A stretch of DNA of 63,510 bases, counting the filler, from Choristocarpus tenellus KU-1152 (lineage: Eukaryota > Protista > Phaeophyceae), in assembly GCA_964200185.2 (NCBI GenBank). It is 9 parts of 9 records of this genome, joined end to end, with 100 filler letters (N's around TTAATTAATTAA, not from the genome) between each part and the next. Parts side by side here need not be neighbours in the genome. Positions count along the whole stretch, not along the records: positions 29,216 to 49,846 come from CAXNAD020000385.1; positions 49,947 to 55,104 come from CAXNAD020011672.1; 7 more parts are not named here. One strand, written 5' to 3'. Below are positions 37,201 through 50,099 of the stretch, piece by piece; the stretch's first letter is position 1, and the number at the start of each line of letters is the position of its first letter. The translations under genes and the position numbers were made by a program. A model generated the notes under the pieces. That model saw nothing but the letters and a program-made list of their open reading frames with translations, had not been told where the DNA came from and made no database searches.

Positions 37201-40200
37201 GATGTTTGGCTTCTTGGCGTAGAAGAAACCTTGAAAATACCATCTCTCGTTGATATAGAACAAGTGGCATCACTTGAAGTTTCCACTATAGAGAAAAGAG
37301 GGTTGAGCCTCAACCCTACACCAGAACTTTGTACTTGTAGGTACATCATGGAGAAAACTAGATCAGAGGTTCTAAAGCAGTGTCTCCACATGGTGAGCAA
37401 TAAATTTGGCAGCAGAGGTTCTAAATCTCTCCCCTCCAAAGAGTGGAATATCCTAGTGTTTTGCATTTTTTATTAAACACTAGAGGTTAGGGATTTTCTC
37501 CCTTCTTTAGTCTTGGGTTAGAGTTAGGGTTTGGTTTTATAGGTAACGGCTAGGATGGCTAACATTTTCCTCCTTGTCATCCATTTGTTCAATCTATTTG
37601 ACGGCAAGGTTTGCGTTTGGTTTGGGGGTAACATCTTGTTATTTTTGGTTCTTGTGAACGATATCCTCCATACTATACATAGGGGTATAATTGGAAATTA
37701 GACTGGGGATTAGGGCTACAGTGGAATAGTGATTTTTTCTCCTCGATAGTAGAGAGCTGGGCTTTAATATTCACTGTGAACAGGCTTAGAAGTAAAGACT
37801 ACTTAAAGGCGTAGCACCATAAGAAAATGTGAAATACCTTCTTCTCAAGCCCAATGATGTCCCCGCTGATAGCAATCACTTCCTCTACATTGGGAAAGGA
37901 GTGAACGGGATGATCTTCCATCTGGTCACGGACTCGTTCCATCACCTGACACACACACACACACACACACACACACAAGAAGGGTGAGAAACAAACCTAT
38001 TTGATCCAACCATATTTCTCCATTTACCCCTCCATCAAAACCCCTCCTCACAAATATCGAAGGCACAGTGCAAAGTGTGTAGACATGTCAAGGTCAAGGT
38101 CAAGGGAGCATTTGGAACTTGTGAAAAGAGATGAAAGTGATGACAGGTCAAGGTGCAACACAACGAACTAGAAAGTGAGAAGGAAAAATACAACAAAATA
38201 AGCATGGACATTGGGGTCAAAGGGGCATGTAGGGTGATTACCCACTCTTCAAAAACCAACTTTACACTAAGATCATTGGGTTGAGAACTGGTACAGTCAT
38301 GATATGTTACAGTCATGATATTATCATTCCATAAACCTGCAAACACTTACTGCTTTTAAATCCCCTCCACAGAATCAACCCTTTTTGTATTGCTGATACA
38401 GCTATTCCTGAGACGTTCTCTGCATATATTAATATTGGAGGGTTAGGATTTGGGCAGACTAGGTGATCAGCAAAATATTCTTCTACCACAACCAGATGGA
38501 AGGGACTTACATAAATGAAACACAATATAACAGCTCCAAAACTAACCCCAACGCCCAAAAAGATCCTAGAACAGATTATATAGGATACACACAATCTGCT
38601 TCTCTTGGACAACCTCTGTATTATCACCCTCCTAACTATGATATACCCTGACCCTAGCGCATCAAATAAGACAAACAAAAACAAAGATTACATGGAATGA
38701 TGAAACATTTAACAGGGGCAACCATATCAATATAGTCTGTTATGGTTGAAGTACCTATCTAGTGTGTGTCCCTCTCACCGATATTTGCCGCAAGATATGT
38801 TTTGGCATGGGAGGCTCTGGCACAGGTGGCATTGAGCTAACACCGCTCTCTTTGATCTGCTTCTCCAGGATCTCCAAGATCTTGTTTGAAACAGGGACAA
38901 GACCTAAACATGCACATTGGTAAGGAAAAAGTACCTAATCAAGTGTGCCAGAATGCGAAAAATAATCGTAATCAGAGTAGGAGCAAATTTTTTGGCATAT
39001 TCTTACTCCTCTTCCTGGGTTAAAGGTCCAATCATGTGAAGTAGGGTTGAAGCTGTTAGGGTTAGGGTTAGGGGAATGGGATGGGAATGTGCCCGAGGCT
39101 GTATGAAATCACTGTGCTCAAATCAAATCGTGTGCTCATGATATTAATGTATGCATCCAAACATGTGTGTCAGGGGTCTGGTCGCAGGGAAAAAAGAGGA
39201 AATTATGTCGCGAGGAGAATATGTACATGAGCTGAAACATAATCAACTGGAGAGCCGTGGAAAGGTGTGGCGTACTCCTAAAAGATCGAAATCTTAAGCA
39301 ATTCCCTCAACATAGTGTCATTAATCAGAACTGTTGTGAAGCATCAATTTTCAAGTCTGCACCTTTTCCTCTGAGAGCTAGCTCTATTGTGAGGATGAGA
39401 AAAAGGAAGGAAAGAGGTCTAAGCACCAAATAATACGAGCAAACACCTAATGCTATAGTGCCGGTGATTAGGGGATTATTATCAGGGGATTGCAGTGTCT
39501 GAGAGGGTTAGTTAGGGTTATAGGGTTAGGGTTAGAGAGGATTTATTAGGTGAAAAAAAAGAACTTAACTTGTTTGACTCGTTCTCATCTTTGTATTCAT
39601 CTGCGGTATACTCTATATATATACTCTCAATATGTACACTAAAATATGAACAACACAGGTCAGCACATATCGTGCTACAATGTACCTGCAAGTACAAAGA
39701 ACTATGAGAGTAGTTGTAGCATGGTGGAACTACTTATATCCCTAACTTAGGGTTAGGGTTAGGGTTACCCTAACCCTGAAATGACATTGTACGGTTGACC
39801 CCTATGACCACTTGTTTGTCTTCATCACCTGTCACAAAGTTTCAATCCAATCAACCACCCTGGAACAAAAGGTAGTACATATTTCAAAGGACAAAACTAA
39901 CCACAAACACCCCACTTCTACCACAATTATGCAAAGAACACTGTGGGTGCATGTGTGTGTGGGGGGGTATTTGAACTCACATGTATGTCCAGCGTTCTCC
40001 TTAGACCCACTACGTTGCTCCGTTCCAAGGATACCTGCCAATCCATCACCCCTCTCTCCCCTAGAACCAAGGTCTCCCCCCTCAGCAGAAGTTTCTATTT
40101 GCCCATGATCAGAGTCTGGGCCAAGTCCTGAAGTGTCATCTGAAGATTTGGGTTCCCATGTACTTCCATAAAGTGTGGCTGCCAGCTAAACAGAAGGTGG

Positions 40201-43200
40201 TGTGTAAGGTGATGTGAAAGGGAAACAACCGGGTTAGTAAGTAACATAAGTATGACGGTATCACTACCACCTCATACACACAAGAGCTATCCAGGAGCTG
40301 AATGATTGGAGGGTGGGGTACAATGACATGGGCAGGGTTTCGTTTGCCTGCATGCCTGAAATAGGAAGAAGCTTGAGGTTAGAGGAAAACTTGGCGTCCA
40401 CCACCAGTTTAGTGTTTCCCAGTAACCACCTAACCCTAACACTATGTTAGGGTTAGGGTTAGGGTTAGCATTGACAAAGGCAAGAATTCAGGCATGGGTA
40501 CAGGTGGGGTTGGTGTCTAGGTAAGGGTAGATGAGAGGATAATGACTGATATCAGGAAGACAATTACTCATTGCATGATGGAGCATGAGGGAAGGTGTAG
40601 AGGCTCATTTCAGGTGATACTTGGCAGTATTGAAGTATACTAATCTTGTGGAAGGTCACACAAGCTGAGCAAACAAGTTATTTGATAAGAAATTTCAAAA
40701 GACTATCATCACAGTTTCCAAACAGGAAAGATTAAGAAAAACTTAACAGAGTGGCGTGGGACCTCAAAATTGCACTTGAAAAAAAATGAAGACAAGAGCG
40801 TGAAAGCAATTAATTCATGGTTAGGGTTAGGGTTAGGGTTAATCCTGTATCAAATTGCGTGAATGAAACAATCAAGCTCAGGTATTTATTGCACGATATG
40901 GCGACCTTTCCCCCTTCCATGGAATTTTTCAAAAGTGCATCTAAGGCCAATTGTAGCCTCAGAGCATATCATATCGTATCATATCGGCAAGTTAATAAAC
41001 AAAAAAAACAAAAGTGTGAGGTTTTAAACCCTTGATAACATTCATTTCAACGACGTTTCAAGATCCATTACAAAAAAAAACAACACTACAAGTAATGATT
41101 GTTTGGACATACTTTGGGGCCTGAACAGCACAACCAAACAATCCAAAAGCAGGTAGCAAAATCACATATGTATTATTTACATCGAGCATGTACCTGAGCT
41201 GCAGTGATGGGATTAATACCATGGGTATCTCCTCCTTCAACCCATTGAACCTTGACCATCACCACACAAACAACAAGGGGAAGGGTAAAAGCACAGAGTA
41301 ACAAAGAATTCAGGTGAATTGGCACAGACAACATATAATGAAGACAGAAAATAATTAAGCGCCTAATTGTGTGTCCACGAGCAAGAGATGAATCTAAAAG
41401 TTGAAAAGATGCCAGTGAATTTAGAGCCAGTTCACAGTGCGACGTAACAAACGTGAGGGCAAAAAAAAAAGTCGTATGAGGCCTTTTTTACCCTGGACAT
41501 CCAAGAGATAATGCTGATCATTGAAGTAGATAAGAGTGGTGTCATCAAAGAGAGGGGGGTTGTTGAGAAGGGCTTTTAGCACTGTGAAGGGTGTTCTCAG
41601 CAAACAATATGTTCACAGCTATGTTTCTACTCTGGATCATTTGCACACCCTCCTAAGGGGGTTAACTGCATTTCAGGCCTAGGCATATTATGTCTATTGC
41701 ACTAGGTTCAAATAGGGTTAGGGTTAGCTCAAAAGGGATAAATCAATCCTCCCATTTGATAGTTTCACTCTAATCGATATAATAACGTTTGACAAGCTTG
41801 TAGTTTTTGTAATTAATATACCATAATAGTGAAAGTCATCCATGACCCACGTTATGGAGTACCAGGGCTAAGGTTATGGCTCCCTCCAAGCACACCAAAC
41901 AGGCATTATGAAACATTATGACAGAGTTAGCTCACTGCCTATGTACCTCCTATGCGCATCTTATTTCATGCACAATTTTGGGATCAGAGGACCACCATAT
42001 ATACCCTCCTGTTTATATTCCTTATATATAGGTTGTACATCCCCTGTAGACACAATTTGAGAAAAACATAGTTCCCTTGTTGGAAATTGGTTGGCAAATT
42101 AATGGATAGTTCAATAGGTTTATGCAACAAAGAAATTCATAAAGTGGGTAACTCTTCATTGTGTCTAGGACTCTGGGAGGCATAAAAGGTTTGCCCTTGT
42201 TCACAATTCCTGTAGCAAGGGCCAATACAAAGAAACCAAGACAAAATAGGATGCTGACTGAGGGTTCAAGTTCATGTCAAATCAAAAATCAACTTCCCAA
42301 CCATCAAGCCTTTCCAACCTGAGCAGGATGAACAGCCTCCACCATGCCTGCCCCATCGACCAATACAAATAGCTTTTCATCATCCTTTCCAGAAGTGGTG
42401 GGTAGGGGAGAGCCAGTGACGCTGACAAAATCTCCTAGAAAAGCAGCTGATCGATTGTCAGCTAACAACAGTCCTGAACCTAAGCGTGCTGCATCCAAGA
42501 TCTTCTGTGATACTTTTCCATCAAAGTGCTTCAACAGGAGGGAGAAGGTATTGATTTCAATCAAACACATGCATGCAGGAGATGTGCAAATGATCTATTT
42601 TTTTCATGTGTGTGTGTGTGTGTGTGTGTGTCAATGAGGCAGTGCCTCCAAAGGTGTGGAAACCCCTACAATGGCAAGGGTGCGGTTAGGAGTGATTGAA
42701 AGGACAAACATCTTCGAACAAAACGCAACATATATTCCCATGAATATGAACATACTCATTATATATATATATATATATATATATTTGTATGTCCAAGGGT
42801 CTCCACCATATATGTACAGAGCATTTAACATCCGTGGAAGTGGGTTAGGACTAGGGTTGTTGACCTGTTTTTACCTTGTATGAGTCATATGTTAGACATG
42901 TGATCATATGAAGAACGAATTGCATTATTTTTCCTTTGAGTAAAGGGAAGGTGAATTCATCATGCCATTCAGGATCAGGGTGAACATGTCAAAGTGAGAG
43001 TTCGAGTGTGCCCTAATATTATGGTGAACAAACCAAATATCTTGCAGTTTGTTCACGCACTGAGTGTTCAGGCACCGTGTGACCACGTATTCATATTCAT
43101 GATCATCTCTTAAGGCCTCTAGTGTAGTGTAGAGCATGTGCTGTACAGGTTACACTCCAACCCCCATCAGTCCTTTTCATGTAATGCAAATATTAAAAAA

Positions 43201-46200
43201 AATCTCAACTTCATCAACCCTAACCCTAGCCAACTCTATCAGATACAAATACTTGTTACCAACAGGAATATACTTCACATTCTGCCCAAGGCTTACATGA
43301 AGTGTGTGATTGACGGGCTGGTTTCAATGACAAGATTGTGTTAAATATTTCCATAAATTGTAAGTAAATCAAGGTGTACGTGATGAACTACAAATCATTA
43401 CAATGGTTAAACTTGCATATTGTTTGGAACGTTTTGCTGTGGAGGTATGTACAGAAGGGCAAGCACAATACGGTGATTAACTGATGTTGTTTATTGAATT
43501 CAATTGTAATTGAGGGTTACAAGGCATGGAACTGGACATCTGCTGGATAAGGTTGGTTTCGGATCATCACCTGTTTCTTGAGAAAGGCTAAAATTTCTTC
43601 TTCTCCCTGGAGCCTCTCCCACAGCTTGTGATAAAATTTCGCCTGAGACATATGATTAAAGATGCATAAACAAGAGGAGTGATCATCAGCGACAGATCCA
43701 CACTTGCCATATGTCACAGAGAGCCAGAAGTGCTTGTACATTCTGCCATGTATACTGTATTGTGTACGACTAGGAGAGTTTGTCAACTGTTATCTTCATC
43801 TGTATCCCGGTTTCACAGTATATAAATGATTCTTCATCAAAGTGTATGAGATAAGGCAAGACCTAACATTTTTTTTTTTGCTATAGCTGTTACATTATTC
43901 TTCAACTGTTAATCTCACTTTACGGTCATTGTGAAGAGGGCACTACTGTAAACCTGCAAACATTGCCTTGATATCACTAGACTTGTTCACAGTCTCCAGC
44001 CAAGCTGCTCAATATTTCCTGGCATACGGCTCCTCCTCTAGTATTGGTCAGCTTGGCAAAAGCTCCAAGCCCCACACTCATATCAAAATTACCTTCATCC
44101 TCAAGAAGATGACATGCTATGGTGTGATACGCACAAAAACAAATCCTCCCTGTCCCATAAGTCTTTACTAAAATAAGGGTGTAACTTCACGATATGACTA
44201 GACGACTTTCAATCAAAAAAAGATTTCTTGCGTTGGATTCCTTGATGTTGTTCATGATATTAATACTATTCATGTTATATACATGAAAATCATTCTTTGT
44301 TGCTTTATCGTGGCATCAATCCAACAATCCACTGCCACGTCAAAAATCCTTCTGTCAATTCTGACTGATTTTGGCAGACTTCCCTCCCGCTGCCTTTTCT
44401 TAGTTCCAGTATGCTGTACCTTAAATTGTCACCTCCTAGCACCTCAAACCTTGATTGTACCACTTAAAGAGGCTCTACTACACCCTCTACAAAGTAGCTG
44501 CATCATACGTGCCATACACACTCTTTACCCCTCTGTCACAAGGTCGTCTATTGTACCGTAACATTCCCTTTAAACTCTACTTTTTAAGGATGCAAAGAAC
44601 CCCAAACTGTTGAAATCGAGATTAGGTGACTGCGCAGGCTGCGTTACGAGCTTGATGTTCCACTCTCCCTCCCTCCCGACTTTGTTGAGCTTTCGCGGCA
44701 TGTCGTTTCCTCTAGGGTTAGGGTTAGGGTTACTCCATCCTGCTATACAACCACCTTCTCAACCTCCAATCACAGCATTTTTCCTTCAATGCAGGGAGAG
44801 AAGTCTCCACGTACCGCTCTTGTTACCACTCAGTGTTGATGATCACATCCAATTCGTACTGCTGCCCCCCTCTTGCATTGGTCCAAATTTCTCTGCGCCT
44901 ACTTGATGGCACAACACACACCAGATTACAATCTTGCCGTCAAAATGTCAGGAATTTTTATTATTTTATCTGGTCACGAAACAGGACCGATGAGCATCAC
45001 CTTAGGAATGTGACTCTTGTGCTGTACTTAGGTGGAGCCCACCCTTTTCTCCCCGTGGCACATGCGGACACACTTCTATAAATGATGCAATTTCTTGCTG
45101 CTTGGTCAAGGCCTTGACCTTTCGAATCTTTGCATGCTTTGTCGGTGTGAAGTCTGATGGCTTCCCGCTTTGTGACACTGATTTCAGCAAAATCATGTTG
45201 TCATTGTCCAACTGTTCTCGTACACACATCCACAATTGTCTCGGATATTGTTCGCCAACTACAATCTGCTCTGCCAACCCTGGTCCAATACCTACCTTTT
45301 GGAAGCTGTTGCTTACCGGTAGGTAGCGGCAAAGATAGCGTACGGGCAGTGTGTTTCAACCTTCCTCACTCAACTCGCAATCTTAACCCAGGCTGATGGG
45401 CTCCTGGCGAAAGACGATGGACTTGTCGGAGTGGCCATATTGGCTATGGGACTCACGTCACAGATGGTCTGGAGGCTGGCAAGAGTTGTATGACTCTTGG
45501 CGAGGTGCTGAGATGTTGTACGATGATGGGGAGTTACCCACCACTGGGCGCAGCACAGACACTAAAAAAATGGGGCCAAAAAGGATAATTTATTTCGGTT
45601 CCACTTCTCGGAATAGATTCACAACTATTTCGGAACAGAATGAGAAAACCAAAAATCTCCTCTTCACAATTATATCCGGAGCTTCAATTTGAGCAATATG
45701 TCACCAGGGAAGGCTTCATATTGGTGAAGAAACAACCAAAACAAAAAGTGAAAATTCATAACATTGCTGAGATGTCTACTTGCACAAAACCATCTCATAC
45801 ACACTAATCACACTTGTCCAACTGAATCTACACCAATATGCGACACATACATACAGTTTACACGTATACTGGTTGTTTGAATAATTCCTCAGTCCTGCCT
45901 CTCAAGAAACGTATAATGTAACGGTAGCCTCATCACACTTTCTTTTTCTCCTCTCTACCAGATTTTTTTCCTCCAAACATTTCTAGCCTCTGAAAAGTCT
46001 TCTTACAAATGGTGTTAACATTGGTCTCTTACATCACTCAGCTGCACTCCCTGAAGCTTGGCCTTGATCTCCTCCAGCTTCTCTGCCGCACTTTCAGCAG
46101 ATTTCTGATTTGGGGGAAGCACATGGATTGAAGGTAAGGTGCAGGAAGCATCCTCCTCAAAGCGCTGTGCTGATTGGAAGTGGGCATGTACTAGGAGATT

Positions 46201-49200
46201 GCACATATGGTCTTCAAGCTATAAGGTGGGATTGAGCCCCCTGACCTGGGAATTCTGGCTACAACTTGCAGGTAACTTGTGCTCCAGGGTTGGCTTGATT
46301 GCCAGCAAGGAACCATATTAAGGATACTTGTAGGGTTCGAGGATACAACTCCTGCACATCATTCCAAAGTTTACACCAAAGTGAATGATTGAGATGCTGT
46401 ACACGCTAAAATGTGCACATATCATGTAGGCATAACAAGGATGGAAGTAGAGTTGAAGAACCTCTCACTGTTATATTTTGAGTCAAAGTAAACAAGAGGT
46501 ACTTAGTGTTGCATTTTATGGACAAGGGCAAATATGAGCAAATTATTATTATTTTATATATGTGTACATTTTATTTTCTTAATTCTTTCCATAGAGAAAT
46601 ATACACTCTCAAGTCAAACTTAGAACTTCATCCATAGAATTTTTAAAGATATGGGGAAATTGCAAAATATTGAAAAACAGACTTAAAATATAAAAAGACT
46701 AAAACCTGAGTACCTCTCATTTACTTTGTCTCATTTACAACACTATATTGAAAAAAATAAAGGTTGATGAGGATCAGGATAGAAAATGTCAGGGTTTCAA
46801 CTAGAGTCAGACAAACCCAACTTATCTACAAGGTACTAAAACGAGGATGAACTTGAGTATAGGATTGGACCATTGCCACCACATCATAATAGTAAAACAT
46901 GGTGGTACAAGTAATACAAAATGTAGATAGGATCATACATCTCCTTGTCTGTTTGGCAGGGATAGTTAAGGGTAGCGACACAATTACAGGGGTGATAGCC
47001 AAAACTGCAACATAGGAATATAGGTTAAGATCCATGCTCCAGATTATGAGAAGTATGTTTCAAATATTTTAGTTGAGAATCTTTCTTGAGGCAACAGTTG
47101 TGGATATGTCTGTCTAAATCGGACGCAGGAGAGAGGGCTGGTTATGTCAGAGGGGATGAATACTAGTTGGGTTAGGTTTAGTTAGGGCTAGTTAAGGTTA
47201 GGGGTAGTTGACTTATGTGCATGGGAAAATAAATTTGAAGATGATGATTGTCATCTAAACACTGCGGTCAAGCCAGGCATCAGAAGAAATCATCATGTCT
47301 TCAACCTTTCAAGTACATATTGAGGGATATTTCTAGTACTGGGTTATACCTAAAACTAACTAAACTCAAGTATCACGAACCATGAAATCGAAATGTGGGC
47401 AGCAGCTGTGTCAGGATGTAATCCTAACCCTAAGACCTGAAGATGTGTAAGCATGTTCAAAACCACCAACATCACTTAGAGTTGAATAATTGAGAGGTCA
47501 AGCAGAAATACACACACCAACAAACATTAAATATTACCATGTTCAGTTCCTGCAAACAAATTGAGTAGAGGAAATCCTCTCTCCAGGAAATGCATTGAAC
47601 TAAGGAGAAATTAGGTACCAAAAACAGGAACATATCAAGAGGACTAAAGGCCCACCTGTGCTGGGCCAAGACGCTTTAACCTGAGGAAGCTACCAAAACT
47701 CTTCTCCACCAGTACCTTAGCTGAGGCAAAATCTTTAGATCGGAGGACTCCAATAACCATGCTGTAGCTTGACCTTGGGAGACATAGTAGGGTAAGGACG
47801 AGCTTGGAGCTACTGAACGTATCTTTGTTAAAGGTTTAACATGATCTTGAAACAATCATAAATTATCAAAAAGGTGAGTATAAGGCACTGGAATACTGTG
47901 CTTAGATGTTTTTAGTTATAGAAGGGCATGCTAAAGGGTGGCAAGGGCAAAGGTGGAGTAGGAGTCAACAGGTACAACTATTTCACACCCTGGAAAACAG
48001 AACACTCAATGGTGGGCTATACTTGGTCGAAAATGTCCGCGAACCATGACAGCATCCAGGACATTCACATGTTGCTGTGTAACATCTGTTGCCCATATAA
48101 ACACTGAATGAGTCCATTTCCTCTGTAACATACACCGTCTAGCGAAAGGGTTAGGGTTAATGATTACTGTCAGGGAAACATTCAGCACCCTCTCTTCTCT
48201 AACATACCCTGTCCAGAATAACAATTAGTTCTATTTCCTCACCTACTATGGTGCTAAGCAACCCACCTTACAATTTATTTTCTTTCACATACTAGACATA
48301 CACTATAAGCAGACAACACAATCAAGTGAACAACTTCAGAGAAGAAAAAATTAAAAATAAATAAGGAAAATCATTGCCCTTCGCACTTGGTTATAAAGCC
48401 TGTTGTCAAGCAAAGGATCAAGTCTACTTGGTTTAAAAGGTTCACTATCCAGCTAACATTTAGGTCCTTCATAACCTCCATAATCCAGGACAGCGCTAAG
48501 GGTCACTAACCCTATGAATTCCAATGTTTGGCAAATACTTGAGTCAATTTGGTCTGTATTTTTTTAGGCCAGAACAACACTTGGTCTCAAACGTCCACTG
48601 TCGGGATGATGCTTTGTCCTGTGCAACACTAAAATAAAAATATTTTCTGTGAGCATGAAATTTCTTGAGGTGTGAACTATTCTAGGACTGAGGTGCACAA
48701 TGGGGAAAGATTGATGGTGAGGAAGTCAAGGGCCCCCTTCGGTACATATGATGGACATGTCACTCATAAGGGTTTGAGGACTTGTCACTGGGCAACAAAA
48801 AACTACAAAAGCAGAAACACTGAGCAGGATTCCTGTTGCAAAGAGAGCACTAGGGAATGTCACAGAGTTTAAACCCAAGCAATGATTCCAAATGTTCGTT
48901 CATCATACAACAAGAAATCACTGCTAACAATGATCCTATCAAGGCATACACTGGACACTAGCACACACACACACATCAATCACACACCTTGTATGATCTG
49001 ATGAAAAGAGTAGAAATTGGGGGAGACATACTAATGCCATATAGAGCGTACATGGGTCAAAGGCTGAACTTAAAAGCTGACAAGCCAAAGTCAGAATTTT
49101 AAAAAGTCAGCACTAAACTCTAACAGAGTGATAGTTAGGGTTAGGGTTAGAGTGATAGTTTTTTTCCAACTAGAGGTTTTAAACATTAATCTGATCACAC

Positions 49201-49846
49201 TATAGGATCGACATGTAAATGCCTAGAGGGGAGGATGGGTGAGGGGAGGCATCACCCAGACAATGAAATAAATCCTTATCTTTGTACCAACCCAACCCAT
49301 AGGGTCCCAAAGGAAATATCATCTTAGCATCATACACAACAACCAGAACCAAAGAGGATGGATTATATCCCAGCGATATAAAACAGTAGAACACCATTGC
49401 CTCACCATGTATATAGATTCAGACTTCTTGATCAACAGCAACATATAAACCCCAAACTAGACATCTATGCAGACTGAGAATGCAATTTTCTCACGCATTG
49501 TTCAGCACAATGCGCCAAGTGTGTTGACAAGAAAAGTATTGTTGACATCAAACCTGACAAATTAACAATCAACATTCAACAGAATGGAATCTTATTAATC
49601 ATGACAACAAGGACTTGAAATGAGATGTCTTGACAAAACCGTAACCCACACCTCAACTTGCATGCAAACCTAGCCCAGCCTTCTCCTTAATCCTACGCCA
49701 TTATGCATGAACTTTACATACCTGAAGTGAGATTGGATGCCGTTGAGGGGTGAGAGGAGAAGACTGTGCGCCTCAATTACGTTTTCAAACCTTGACCGCA
49801 TCATAACCACAGAACCCAGTGTATCCATCCCCCTCCTCCCAGCCCG
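31220..49846 (-). CDS. ISE2: Ski2-like DExH-box RNA helicase, ISE2/cyanobacterial HelY type, C-terminal half with DSHCT domain; 5' end missing
   Basis: 16 phase-consistent GT-AG exons: 49846-49722, 47773-47656, 46104-46033, 43642-43571, 42528-42319, 41250-41194, 40185-40035, 38903-38779, 37945-37838, 37134-37064, 36528-36406, 35775-35670, 34891-34820, 34012-33848, 32529-32416, 31447-31220. Motif VI RAGRRGMD, SHFRSSYSMV, LVEKSFGSFL, ENELWIAL, GLVEGWANG..SLDEGDLCRILRRSLEMLGQIP, AIDRFPV. Confidence 0.93.
44290..45560 (-). mobile_element. Degenerate LINE (RTE-like) remnant in a helicase intron
   Basis: Decayed peptides GRADCSWRTIS, WAPPKY and SVRIDRRIFDVAVDCW in the order expected for LINE ORF2. 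Confidence 0.35.
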
Positions 49847-49946
49847 NNNNNNNNNNNNNNNNNNNNNNNNNNNNNNNNNNNNNNNNNNNNTTAATTAATT
49901 AANNNNNNNNNNNNNNNNNNNNNNNNNNNNNNNNNNNNNNNNNNNN

Positions 49947-50051
49947 GTGATTTGGTCGCGCGTGTCGGATTTGAAATGTCAGCAAAAAAATAATATTTTG
50001 ACCGAAACAGACGCCCGCTCACAAACCACCCCCCCCCTGATACTTTGACCC
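49947..50051 (-). mobile_element. Divergent MITE family 1 half-copy, reverse orientation, at contig start
   Basis: gtgatttggtcgcgcgtgtcggat is the reverse complement of the core atccgac..gcaaccaaatcac; ends cccccctgatactttgaccc. Confidence 0.65.
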
Positions 50052-50099
50052 CATGGGTCAACTCTATTATTACCTTGGAGAGTATTGCAGATTTATAGG

